Below, piece by piece: positions 27,928 to 37,056 of a stretch of DNA of 64,000 nt. How positions within the stretch are numbered: the stretch's first letter is position 1; each line of letters starts with the position of its first letter. The position numbers were made by a program, and so were the translations under genes. The stretch spans positions 22,467 to 86,466 of the forward strand of contig CAMCCW010000001.1 of assembly GCA_945873395.1 (NCBI GenBank). Direction: 5' to 3'. The notes under the pieces are model-generated. The model saw only the letters and a program-made list of their open reading frames with translations. It was not told where the DNA came from and did no database searches. The DNA comes from an uncultured Lactobacillus sp. (GTDB lineage: Bacteria; Bacillota; Bacilli; Lactobacillales; Lactobacillaceae).

Positions 27928-28552
27928 TGCGTTGTACCTTCCTAATCAAAAAATCAAAACCGAGCATTGATAACAGCGAGAGTAGTGCCACGCTGACCCC
28001 ACCGATCACGACGTAGGACATGTCATACAGGCCCAGGCCGGTGAAAATCAACGTCCCCAGGCCTCCGGCGCCGATGTAAGTGGCCAGGGTCGCACTGGCA
28101 ATGATTTCGACTAGAGCCAGCTTGATCCCGTTCAGGATATAGGGCATCGCCAACGGAATCTCGATTTGTCGCCGCAGCTGACGCCGATCCATCCCCAGCG
28201 CCAGGCCGACTTCCTTATAAGTTGGGCTAACCTCATTGAAACCGAGAATGGTGTTGATCATCAACGGCGGCAGGGCCAGGACAATTAAGGCGAGCAGGGC
28301 TGGCACCACCCCGGTCCCGATGAACGGGATTAACAGAAATAACAGGGCCAAACTGGGGATGATTCGCAGCACCTGAGCGAAGGCGGTACAAAAGCTGGCC
28401 ACTGGCTTAACCCGGGAGCCAAGATAGCCCAGTGGCAAGGCAATTACCATCGCAATCGCTAACGTGCTGACGCTCAGCAGGATATGCTGACCGACGTATT
28501 GCCAGTACTGACCGCTATCTGTTTGAAAATAATGAATAATCTGCGCTAACAA
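27902..28552 (-). CDS. ABC transporter permease (osmoprotectant type)
   Basis: 216-aa polytopic ORF, paralogue of 26529-27164. Translationally coupled to the ATPase gene. Confidence 0.85.
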   Translation of the reverse strand: MLAQIIHYFQTDSGQYWQYVGQHILLSVSTLAIAMVIALPLGYLGSRVKPVASFCTAFAQVLRIIPSLALLFLLIPFIGTGVVPALLALIVLALPPLMINTILGFNEVSPTYKEVGLALGMDRRQLRRQIEIPLAMPYILNGIKLALVEIIASATLATYIGAGGLGTLIFTGLGLYDMSYVVIGGVSVALLSLLSMLGFDFLIRKVQRNDQNKYSI

Positions 28553-28608
28553 GGGTTGCCTCCTGATACAAATAAAGCTGTGATCTGTTTATCACAGCTT
28601 TCGACGAT

Positions 28609-29508
28609 TTACTTCATGTTCTTATTATACCAATTCTGAGCGACAGTACGATAATTCTGCCCGTCGACACCGACTTCCTTATTCAGCTGGGTCACGGTCT
28701 TGGTGGTCAGCTTAGCGTCAACCTTGTTCAATGTCTTTTCCATCTTTGGGTAACGTTTGACGGCCTGCTTGTTAGCCAGTGGAACCAGGTTGTATGGTGG
28801 CCAGATATTCTTATTATCCTTGACGAGTTGGAACTTGCTAGTAGCCAATTGTCCATCTGTCGTGGAGACTGGCGCAGCATCTGCCTTGCCCTGTGCCATA
28901 ATCTTGTAGAGCAGGTTAGCATCGTAGTCCTTGATCGACTTGAAGTTGAACTTGCCATAGGCCTTGTTCATGGCCGGCAATGCATCGGGCCGCTTTTCAA
29001 ACTCCCCCTGGGAAGCAAAGCGGATCTTGCCGGCCTGCTTCTGGAGGTCACTCAGGTTATTGATGTGGTACTTCTTAGCCACGCTGGTCCGAATACCGAC
29101 TCCTTGTCGGTTATCATCGGGAGCGTAGTTAAAGGTTGTCAAACCATCCTTAGCAACTCCTTGGCGAGCGAGCTTGGCCATCTGGGCTGAAGACTTGCCC
29201 TGACCATTCTTCTTCAGGTAGGCTGTCACGATCGTCCCCGTATATTCTGGATAAACGTCTACTTGGCCGGTCTTTACGGCCTTGTAGACCACTGAATTAG
29301 AGATGTTCTGCTTCCGGGTCACCTTGTAGCCTGCGCGCTCAAGGGCAATGGCGTAAATCTCACTGACCGTCTTACTCTCTGGGACACTCTTGGAACCAAC
29401 AATGATGGGCTTACTGCTGGCGGCACTGGCAGTTGCCGGGGCCACAGTACCCATCACCAGGGTTGCGGTGGCCAACAGAGTCGCCGCCACTAATTTCTTT
29501 AACTTCAT
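28609..29508 (-). CDS. Osmoprotectant (glycine betaine/carnitine/choline) ABC transporter substrate-binding protein
   Basis: 299 aa with an N-terminal signal peptide and an OpuCC/OpuBC-like pattern (VDVYPEYTGT). First gene of a four-gene operon. Confidence 0.82.
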   Translation of the reverse strand: MKLKKLVAATLLATATLVMGTVAPATASAASSKPIIVGSKSVPESKTVSEIYAIALERAGYKVTRKQNISNSVVYKAVKTGQVDVYPEYTGTIVTAYLKKNGQGKSSAQMAKLARQGVAKDGLTTFNYAPDDNRQGVGIRTSVAKKYHINNLSDLQKQAGKIRFASQGEFEKRPDALPAMNKAYGKFNFKSIKDYDANLLYKIMAQGKADAAPVSTTDGQLATSKFQLVKDNKNIWPPYNLVPLANKQAVKRYPKMEKTLNKVDAKLTTKTVTQLNKEVGVDGQNYRTVAQNWYNKNMK

Positions 29509-29645
29509 GTCGATATCGCTCCTTTTTGTAACTTATTAAGTTTCATCGACACCCATAATAAATTTCAAATAGACGTTTGTCAACTAATTTCTCATTGAAA
29601 TTTGTAACTTAATAAATTACAATAGATGCAGAAGGAGTGATAAGC

Positions 29646-30101
29646 GTGAAGATTTCAACCCGTTTCAGTGATAGCATCCATATTCTTGCTTTCATCAATA
29701 TCTATCACGGCAAGGTTCCCCTAACTAGTAACAATATTGCTTCCAGCATCGGAACATCCCCAGTAGTGGTCCGACGCTTAATGAGTCAGTTGCGTAAGGC
29801 GGGATTGCTCAATACCGTCCACGGAGCCGCCGAGCCATCACTGGCTAAGGATCCGACCGCCATCTCGTTATATGACGTGTTCCTCGCAGTGGAAGATAAC
29901 ACCCACCTCTTTACAATTGACCATAAGACCAATCCAGAATGCATTGTCGGGGGCAATATCCAGGAAACCCTCACCGAGGCCTACCACCAGGCCGAAGTTG
30001 CTGCAGAGGCTAAGCTGGCCCGGACCAGCCTCCAAGACATCATCGACACCATCCTGGTTAAGCAGGCCCAAAAAGAAGCTAGACAGAGAAAGGAAGACTA
30101 A
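29646..30101 (+). CDS. Rrf2 family transcriptional regulator
   Basis: Winged-helix N-terminus (KISTRFSDSIHILAFI...). GTG 29646 after GAAGGAG is preferred. The stop lies 1 nt before the next gene. Confidence 0.8.
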   Translation: MKISTRFSDSIHILAFINIYHGKVPLTSNNIASSIGTSPVVVRRLMSQLRKAGLLNTVHGAAEPSLAKDPTAISLYDVFLAVEDNTHLFTIDHKTNPECIVGGNIQETLTEAYHQAEVAAEAKLARTSLQDIIDTILVKQAQKEARQRKED

Positions 30102-30102
30102 T

Positions 30103-30963
30103 ATGAAGTATATGATTACCGGCGCCACTGGTCACCTCGGCCAAAAGGTGGTGGCCCAACTCAGTAAGCTGACCGCTAAGCAAAACATTCGTCTGGGTGT
30201 TCATACCCCTGCCAAGGCCGTCCACTTCAAGGAGGAGGGCTATGAGATTGCGGCGATTGATTACCAAGACGTTGCCAAGATGACGGCCGCCTTCACGGGC
30301 GTTGACGTTCTCATTTACATTCCTAGCCTGACCTACGACGTTCAAGGACGGATCAACGAGTTTGAAAACTCTCTAACCGCCATGAAGCAGGCGGGAGTTA
30401 AGAACCTGGTCGACGTCAGCTTCATTGCCGATCAGTACAACAACCCCTTCCAGATGGCCGGCTACTATGCCTACCTTCCTGCCCGGCTCGCCTCATCGGG
30501 TCTTCAGTACGCGGTCCTCAAGAACGCGCTCTATGCTGACCCACTGATTCCTTACCTGCCAGAGCTGATCGAACGACAAAACGTCATCTACCCAATCGGT
30601 GACCAGGCAATGAGCTTCATCAGCCGTCAGGACAGCGCCGAGGCCATCACCAACGTGGCGGTTAAACCCTACCTCCGTGACCACGGGCAGAACTACCTGC
30701 TGTCTATGGAGCAAAACTACAACATGGTAGAGTTAGCCCGCCTGATGACCGAAGCAACCGGTAAGCAAATCGGCTATGCTCCGGTAACCATCCAGGAGTT
30801 CGCCGATATCTACCGGGCCGAGGGTGACGGGGATGAGCTCGCCTCAATGTACCACGCTGCCGCCATGGGCCTGATGGACGGTGTTACCCGTGACTTCCGC
30901 CACATCACTGGCCATGCCCCACAGGATATGGAGAGCTTTCTCAAGGAAAACTACCGGCAATAA
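30103..30963 (+). CDS. NmrA-like / SDR-family NAD(P)-binding protein
   Basis: Starts MKYMITGATGHLGQ (Rossmann motif). The first 77 codons of the ORF-track version (from 29872) overlap the Rrf2 gene out of frame and are rejected. Confidence 0.8.
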   Translation: MKYMITGATGHLGQKVVAQLSKLTAKQNIRLGVHTPAKAVHFKEEGYEIAAIDYQDVAKMTAAFTGVDVLIYIPSLTYDVQGRINEFENSLTAMKQAGVKNLVDVSFIADQYNNPFQMAGYYAYLPARLASSGLQYAVLKNALYADPLIPYLPELIERQNVIYPIGDQAMSFISRQDSAEAITNVAVKPYLRDHGQNYLLSMEQNYNMVELARLMTEATGKQIGYAPVTIQEFADIYRAEGDGDELASMYHAAAMGLMDGVTRDFRHITGHAPQDMESFLKENYRQ

Positions 30964-30977
30964 TAACGTCTAACCTA

Positions 30978-31022
30978 ATAAGGCGCCGCACGATCAATCA
31001 GACCATGCGGCGCCTTATTTTT
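30978..31022. terminator. Bidirectional terminator
   Basis: AATAAGGCGCCGCA...TGCGGCGCCTTATT stem with a T-run. Confidence 0.8.
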
Positions 31023-31028
31023 AGTTAA

Positions 31029-31880
31029 TTACATCAATTCAATCAAATGCCTAATCACTGGCCGCATTACCCGTTCTTTTTTCCAGACCAGTTGAACGTG
31101 TGTATTCCAAGCGGGATAGTCAATGGGCACCACGGTACTATGCGCATACTCCCCCGCAATTGATTCCGGTACCAGTGCCACCCCCATTCCGCGATCGGCC
31201 CACAGAATTGCGGTCCGGGCATCGTCACATCTGACCGCATAAAATGGTACGATCCCCAATTGGGCAAATTCACGGTTAAAGAGGGCCTCAAAGCGCCGGT
31301 AGAGAATCAGCGGCTGGCTTGCCAAGTCATCGGGATGCAACTTGGCTGATGGTAATTCGAAACTGGTCGAATCATAGACCGCCACCATCCGATCCGTATT
31401 CAGAATCTTCTTTTCCAGCCCCTGCATGTTCAGCGGGGTCCGGACCACCGCCAGATCCAGCAGGTTATCATTGAGTCAGTCTAATAGTTGAAAGGTGTTT
31501 GCTTCGGTGATGCTAAAGTTCAGCTTGGGGTAGTTCTTTGTCAGGGAACGAATCGCAGAATTGGGGATCAGGCTACCTGCCGAGGAAATCAGGCCGAGAT
31601 TAATTTGACCGATAACGCCCCCTTCTTCCTGCTTCAGTTCGTCACGGGCCTGACGATCAAGGTTGACAATCTGCTGGGCGTAGTGCAAAAACGTCTTCCC
31701 GGCTTCCGTCAGGTTAATTCCGTGGGCATTACGGATGAATAGCTGAGCCCCCACTTCCTTCTCCAGCTGCTTCATCTGATAAGACAGTGGCGGCTGGGTC
31801 GTATAAAGCCGCTTAGCCGCCGCAGTGATCTGCCTTTCCTGGGCCACTACTAAGAACGCCCGCAATTGCTTGATATTCAT
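31029..31880 (-). pseudogene. LysR family transcriptional regulator interrupted by one in-frame TGA
   Basis: ORFs 31476-31880 (HTH half) and 31029-31448 (effector-domain half) are in the same frame. The only interruption is TGA at 31478-31476 (...NTFQLLD*LNDNLLDLAVVRTPLN...). The combined length of 283 codons is typical of LysR proteins. Confidence 0.75.
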
Positions 31881-31992
31881 GTTCTCCTCCAGATATTTAA
31901 TTTCTTTATATCTAATATTATAAAACGGTATTTTATTTTATATCAGTTTTCCACTAACATTAACGCCAGAAGCAAATGAAGGAGTACATAAC

Positions 31993-33021
31993 ATGCGGAC
32001 GAAAAAATTCTGGCGCTGGCTAGCACTAGTAGTCATTCTAGGAATCGTCATTGTCGGCGGTTACGAATACCATGCTTGGCAGACCGCTGCTGATAAGGCC
32101 GTAGTCGGAAACAAGAAATTGCCTACCCAGCTCAAGAACCGGCGACCATTTACCGTCCTGGTGATGGGGACCGATGTTGGGGCCCTCGGGCGGGGAACGA
32201 GCTATGCCGGCAACACCGACACCATGGAGTTGATGACCGTCAATCCACAACGCCGAGCCATCACCATGACCGCCATCCCCCGGGACACCTTGGTCAAAGT
32301 TAACACCAGCCACGGCGCCGATTATGTCAAAATCAACGCGTCCTACGCAATCGGCGGCGCCAAACTGGCCCAGCACCAGGTAAGCGAGCTGCTGGGCGTT
32401 CCCGTTGACTACTACGCCCTGTTGAACATGGGGACCCTCAAAAAAGTTGTCAACGCGGTCGGTGGAGTAACCGTCGATAACCCGTTCGCCTTCACCTACG
32501 AAGGACACCACTTCAAGAAGGGGAAGCAACATCTAAACGGTGACGAGGCCCTGAAGTATTCGCGGATGCGCTATGATGATCCGAATAATGACTACGGACG
32601 CCAGCGCCGGGGCCAGCAGGTGATTGAATCTGCCATTACCACCTTTAAGAAACAGGGATCCCTCAGCGATGCTAACGAGTTGATGGCATCTGTTGCCGAT
32701 GGCGTGCGGACCAACTTCCCGATTAACAACGTAGCCACCATCTACCTGAATTACCACAATGCAATGGATCACGTTACAAGAGACCAATTGCAAGGTAAAG
32801 ACGCCCAAATCGATGGCACCGACTTTCAAATCGCCACGCCCAAGGAGATCGCACGGATATCCCACCAGGTCAATGCGGCCCTGGGACGACCGACGACGGG
32901 GGCGATCCATAACAACGAAACCGCCCTTTATCACTACCAGACAACCTGGAACGGCTACAATAATCTCGCATTCACCCTCCCACATGGTGCGCAGTATAAC
33001 GTTCCCGGCAGTGGTAACTGA
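31993..33021 (+). CDS. LCP (LytR-CpsA-Psr) family protein
   Basis: 342 aa with an N-terminal TM anchor and an LCP core pattern (FTVLVMGTD...DTMELMTVNP...IPRDT...INASY). Confidence 0.85.
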   Translation: MRTKKFWRWLALVVILGIVIVGGYEYHAWQTAADKAVVGNKKLPTQLKNRRPFTVLVMGTDVGALGRGTSYAGNTDTMELMTVNPQRRAITMTAIPRDTLVKVNTSHGADYVKINASYAIGGAKLAQHQVSELLGVPVDYYALLNMGTLKKVVNAVGGVTVDNPFAFTYEGHHFKKGKQHLNGDEALKYSRMRYDDPNNDYGRQRRGQQVIESAITTFKKQGSLSDANELMASVADGVRTNFPINNVATIYLNYHNAMDHVTRDQLQGKDAQIDGTDFQIATPKEIARISHQVNAALGRPTTGAIHNNETALYHYQTTWNGYNNLAFTLPHGAQYNVPGSGN

Positions 33022-33102
33022 TATGATCTCCCTGGGCCTTCCCCTGAGAATGGAAATAAGATAAAACCGAATGTCACATTTCCAGCAGAAATAACTAATC
33101 AA

Positions 33103-33145
33103 CGCCGCACGGTCAGCTAAGATAGATCGTGCGGCGCTTTATTTT
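33103..33145 (+). terminator. Intrinsic terminator after the LCP gene
   Basis: CGCCGCACG...CGTGCGGCG stem followed by CTTTATTTT. Confidence 0.7.
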
Positions 33146-33203
33146 GAATAAGATAAAAAACGGGCGCCATCCGCAAAGATAGCTTCCCGTTTTTGCATAT
33201 TTC

Positions 33204-34217
33204 CTAGAACCAGCTGCGCAGCCAATTGACAAACTTATCCCACCAGGACAGGGCCTTCTGCTGGGCCGCCTGGCCATCGGAAGAATTAAGGAACTTCTTG
33301 GCTTTATTCATGATGTCCCCAGAAGAATTCTTAACATTATTGATCGTGTCATTGACGTGGGAACTGTAATCCTTGCTGGCACTGATCGGTGAATTGTTAA
33401 ACTGAACCAGGGCATTGACGATCGGACCAGTGTAGTTCTTGGTCTGATTGTAGATATTGCGCTCCTGCAGGTTTTGATTCAACGTGGTCTGAATCTGGGT
33501 CTTGGTTGGCGTCTCCCCCTGCTTCTTCTGCTGGTTGATTGACTTAGTGGTATCACCAACGGCCGCCATCAGCTTACCAGGGTAGGAGCTGTCATCCTTA
33601 TTAGCCGCAATTGCGCCATTAGTAGCATCCAGCATCTGGTTGGCGGACTGGGTGTTTTGACTATCGAGATCAACCCCGTCGGCTGCGATGGCCTTGTAGA
33701 CCCCAGTCAGGGCTGACTCACCGGAAACTGGCCGGTTAGCACTGACGGTGATCGTCACGTCGGTTACCCCCGCCATCTGGGCGACCATCGCGTACTGTTG
33801 CGCGGTGACCTTGGTGATGTTGTTATTGCCGTTGAACTTCTTGACGTTGACCTGGACCCCGGAACCCGGATCAGTTGGGACAATCGAGACCGAGCTGACC
33901 ATGGCTGCATTGGTGGTCGAGCCGTTCGGGTTGATGTACTTCTGGTAGTCACTGGCCGTCGCCGTCAGGTTCGTGAAGTCATCCCCGACCGCCAGGACCT
34001 GGTTCAGCTCATCCTTATCAGCCGCGCCGGCCCCATAGACTACGTAAGACTTCTTCAAGGTGTGGGTTTGGTTTTGACTGGTCGAACTGGCACTGCTGGT
34101 CGAGGTACTAGTAACCTGGTCGTCAGCGTGGATCACGGCTTGACTGACCGGCACTGCCAGCAGGGTTAATGTCAAGGCCGAAGCCGTCAGGATTTTGGCT
34201 AATTTTGCAGATTTCAT
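33204..34217 (-). CDS. Secreted protein, DUF1002-like
   Basis: 337 aa with a signal peptide (...AVIHADDQV) and a Ser/Thr-rich linker. Family assignment is from memory of similar Firmicutes extracellular proteins and is tentative. Confidence 0.55.
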   Translation of the reverse strand: MKSAKLAKILTASALTLTLLAVPVSQAVIHADDQVTSTSTSSASSTSQNQTHTLKKSYVVYGAGAADKDELNQVLAVGDDFTNLTATASDYQKYINPNGSTTNAAMVSSVSIVPTDPGSGVQVNVKKFNGNNNITKVTAQQYAMVAQMAGVTDVTITVSANRPVSGESALTGVYKAIAADGVDLDSQNTQSANQMLDATNGAIAANKDDSSYPGKLMAAVGDTTKSINQQKKQGETPTKTQIQTTLNQNLQERNIYNQTKNYTGPIVNALVQFNNSPISASKDYSSHVNDTINNVKNSSGDIMNKAKKFLNSSDGQAAQQKALSWWDKFVNWLRSWF

Positions 34218-34353
34218 TTTTATTTCTCCGTTCCTTAGTTTCTCACCTAATCATAGAAAAGCCAGTCGTAAATTACCAGTCTTCTGGCAAATTTTTAGAA
34301 CAGCTTTACAAACTAAAAATGGCCCTCACCACTCTGGTGAGAACCATTTTCAA

Positions 34354-34959
34354 TTACTTAGCGTAGAAGTGCTGCCACTCCTTGTTGACATTTTGACGGG
34401 CAGTCTTCGTTCCGGCCCATGATGGCACCTTAACAACCCCATCAATCTTACTCTTCGGCACGAATCCCCAGTAACGACCATCGTTGGAGACGCTCCGGTG
34501 ATCCCCCAGGACGAAGTATTCGCCCTGCGGCACCTTGGTGGCTCCGTTGTGCTTTAGCCAACTATTTTGAACTGAGATACTCTTTAGGTCCCAATTTCCG
34601 GTCCCCGCATCCCGTTGCTTCATGCTGATGTAGCTCTGGTTGATCTTCTTGCCGTTAACATAGATGTTCCCGTTCTTGGAACGAACCGTGTCACCTGGCA
34701 GGCCGATAACCCGCTTAACGTAGTCGGTCTTAACCGCTACCTGCGGGTCAACCCCGTTGGCATCGAAGATCACGACGCTCCCGTGGCGGATCTGGGACCG
34801 TTTCAAGCAGAAGACCCGCTCATTATTCTGCAGGTTCGGTTGCATCGATGGCCCGTCGACCCGGACAACTTGGAACAAAAACTGTTTAATCAGCAGGGCA
34901 ATCAACAGCCCGATCACAATCGGGATCACCCAGCTCATTACTTGCCGAAATGTTTTCAT
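34354..34959 (-). CDS. lepB: Signal peptidase I
   Basis: 201 aa with an N-terminal anchor, the catalytic Ser box DGPSMQP, a Lys box (YVKRVIGLPGD) and GDHRSVSNDGRYWGF. Confidence 0.88.
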   Translation of the reverse strand: MKTFRQVMSWVIPIVIGLLIALLIKQFLFQVVRVDGPSMQPNLQNNERVFCLKRSQIRHGSVVIFDANGVDPQVAVKTDYVKRVIGLPGDTVRSKNGNIYVNGKKINQSYISMKQRDAGTGNWDLKSISVQNSWLKHNGATKVPQGEYFVLGDHRSVSNDGRYWGFVPKSKIDGVVKVPSWAGTKTARQNVNKEWQHFYAK

Positions 34960-34979
34960 ATTTTACGCCTCATTCATCA

Positions 34980-36530
34980 CTATTTTTCAATTTCATCAAT
35001 ATAATCATGGGCAATCTTACTGTCGGAAGCATACGGGGTATCCACGCCCTTGATCTTCTGGTAGGGGTCCTCCCCCTTGCCGGCCAGGACCACGATGTCG
35101 CCATCCGTGCTTCCGTCAATCGCCTGCTTAATCGCACTGGCCCGGTCCATAATAAACTGGACTGTCCCAACTTGCTGGTGGTCGATGTAAGAATCAATCT
35201 CCTTAGCAATCTTTAACGGATCCTCAAAGCCGGGATCATCGGTCGTCAAGATAATGCGCTCTGGATGTTCCTCCGTCAGGGCCTTACCCAGTCCTGGCCG
35301 CCGGGAAATCCCCTTATCACCGGCCGAACCCAGCACAACCGTTACCTTCCCGGCATTGGTCTGCCGCTTCAGGAAGGCCAGGAGACGCTTGGTGCTGGCG
35401 TAGTTATGGGCATAGTCGACGTAGACCGTCCCGTGGTGCTTCGTCGTCAGCATCTCCATCCGTCCACGGATATGAACATGGTCAAGCGTTGCGGCGGCAT
35501 CTTCTGCCTTGGCCCCCGCTAGGCCACTAGCAATCACGGCTGCTACCGCATTGCCTTCATTGTAGTCACCGGGCACACTCGTTGTATAGCGGTGATCTAA
35601 ACCAAGTTTACGAGCACGATCTGACAGGGCCGTCAACTCAAACTCGCTCTCGTGCAGGTCTTCAAGGTCGTTGCGGTACTCGAAATCTAATTGTCGATCG
35701 TCCGGTAAGTCAACCTTGGCCCCCCGCCGGGCAAACAGGTAGATGTTCTCTGGCTGGGTGGTTGCCTTAGCCGTGTAGTAAACATCCGTGAAGTGCTGCG
35801 TCTCGGCATTGATCACGCACGCGTTGGAATTGACCATCAGCTGTTCCTTGCAGTGCAGGTAATCCGCAAAGGTCGGGTGCTCGTTACGGCCGATGTGGTC
35901 TGGCGTGATGTTCAGGAAGATTCCCACATCATAGTGCAGGCCATAAACACGGTTCTTCTTGTACGCCTGGGAAGAAACCTCCATCACCAGGTGGGTCATA
36001 CCGTTATTAACGGCGGCCCGCATGTCGTGGAAGAGGTCCAGTGACTCTGGGGTGGTCAGGTCCGACTTGAACTTATCGCCGGGCTTATTGCCCAGCACCC
36101 GGTCCAGGGTCGAGAACAGGGCCACGTGATCAGCGGTCGAATGCTTGAGAATATGGTCGGCAAAGTAGGCCGTCGTGGTCTTCCCCTTCGTCCCCGTGAT
36201 GGCGATGATAAACAGGTCGTTCTGTGGGAAACCATAGAAGGCGGCGCCCAGCAGGGCCATGGCCTTCTGTTCATCCTTAACAATAATTGCCGGCAGATCC
36301 TGACCTTCCGGATACTCCTGTTCGGCGACGTAAGCGATCGCGCCCTTCTCCTTAGCCATCGCCAGGTATTTCGGCATGAAGTTCCCCTTGCAGAAGAACA
36401 GCGTCCCGTTCTTGACCCGACGCGAATCATAGGATACATCGGTTGCGGTAAAATCGGTTAAATTGCGGACGTGATCCAGTAAATGGTGCTCACGTAATAA
36501 CGCTAGCATTGGCGTAACATGCAATTCCAT
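34980..36530 (-). CDS. murE: UDP-N-acetylmuramoyl-L-alanyl-D-glutamate--L-lysine ligase
   Basis: 516 aa with the Mur ligase P-loop TGTKGKTT and overall MurE architecture. The Lys-type call is inferred from the taxon. Confidence 0.9.
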   Translation of the reverse strand: MELHVTPMLALLREHHLLDHVRNLTDFTATDVSYDSRRVKNGTLFFCKGNFMPKYLAMAKEKGAIAYVAEQEYPEGQDLPAIIVKDEQKAMALLGAAFYGFPQNDLFIIAITGTKGKTTTAYFADHILKHSTADHVALFSTLDRVLGNKPGDKFKSDLTTPESLDLFHDMRAAVNNGMTHLVMEVSSQAYKKNRVYGLHYDVGIFLNITPDHIGRNEHPTFADYLHCKEQLMVNSNACVINAETQHFTDVYYTAKATTQPENIYLFARRGAKVDLPDDRQLDFEYRNDLEDLHESEFELTALSDRARKLGLDHRYTTSVPGDYNEGNAVAAVIASGLAGAKAEDAAATLDHVHIRGRMEMLTTKHHGTVYVDYAHNYASTKRLLAFLKRQTNAGKVTVVLGSAGDKGISRRPGLGKALTEEHPERIILTTDDPGFEDPLKIAKEIDSYIDHQQVGTVQFIMDRASAIKQAIDGSTDGDIVVLAGKGEDPYQKIKGVDTPYASDSKIAHDYIDEIEK

Positions 36531-36628
36531 TTGTAATTGACCCCTCTTATTTTTCTCTCTTAAAAGTCTATTATTTCATTTTTTAGGCTAAATGTGAATA
36601 TATGGCGGTCAATCGTCATGAATTTAAC

Positions 36629-36669
36629 ATAAATAAAAGCTAGCCCACAATCTTTCATGAGCTAGCTTG
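36629..36669 (-). terminator. Intrinsic terminator about 100 nt upstream of the murE start
   Basis: Minus strand: AAGCTAGCTCA-tgaaagattg-TGGGCTAGCTT (11 bp, one G-U) followed by TTATTTAT. Confidence 0.65.
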
Positions 36670-36700
36670 CATAATTATTTAGTTTTGGCATTTTATTTAA

Positions 36701-36952
36701 TTTTATATCCGAACCTAGTGACCAATCAATTCGAAGCCCATTGGTATCACAAACCTTTCGTCTTCCTTAAGGTCCACAACCCTTAGCTTACTGCCCGAAT
36801 CATCTTCGTCATGGTACTCATCTCACAATTAAGAAACCTTAGTGACTTACCTCAACAAAATTGCCCATTGGTATCACTCCGTTCTCTCAATCCTAAGCGA
36901 CGGAAACGTTAACTTACTGCTCGAATCATCCTTACCATTGGAATCACCTCAC
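36701..36952 (-). repeat. Two diverged tandem 126-nt units (36952-36827 and 36826-36701), each with two mini-ORFs and two hairpins
   Basis: Direct alignment of the two units shows conserved islands ATGATTCGRGCAGTAAGYTAA and GTGATACCAATGGGC. The mini-ORFs are MVRMIRAVS (36938-36909), MGNFVEVSH (36868-36839), MTKMIRAVS (36812-36783) and MGFELIGH (36741-36715). Confidence 0.8.
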
Positions 36953-36977
36953 TAGGTATTACCTTTTCTACACTTAT

Positions 36978-37006
36978 AGTATAGCACGTCTTGTTAGCAC
37001 TTTCAA
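36978..37006 (-). promoter_or_regulatory. Near-consensus sigma-A promoter driving the tandem-repeat region
   Basis: Minus strand: TTGAAA (37006-37001), 17-nt spacer, TATACT (36983-36978). Confidence 0.6.
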
Positions 37007-37013
37007 CCATTGG

Positions 37014-37052
37014 AAAATAAAATCACCCGTCCAGTGCGACAGGTGATTTTAT
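37014..37052 (-). terminator. asnB intrinsic terminator (bidirectional in shape)
   Basis: AAAATCACC-c-GTC...GAC-a-GGTGATTTT stem. On the minus strand it is followed by TTTTATTTT. Confidence 0.8.
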
Positions 37053-37056
37053 TGAC

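Noticed and set aside
29872-30102. 77-codon N-terminal extension of the NmrA-like ORF
   Set aside because: It overlaps the Rrf2 gene in another frame. The Rossmann motif begins right after the ATG at 30103, which is the natural start.
31476-31478. In-frame TGA of the LysR gene as selenocysteine or programmed read-through
   Set aside because: No SECIS-like hairpin follows the codon. No selenoprotein machinery is seen in this window and none is known to me in this group. A simple nonsense mutation is more parsimonious.
32533-33102. 189-aa minus-strand ORF
   Set aside because: It is antisense to the LCP gene and runs through its terminator. It has no SD.
36701-36952. Possibility that the tandem repeat is a CRISPR array or a minisatellite
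   Set aside because: There are only two units, 126 nt each and diverged. They have no short palindromic repeat/spacer organisation and no cas genes nearby.
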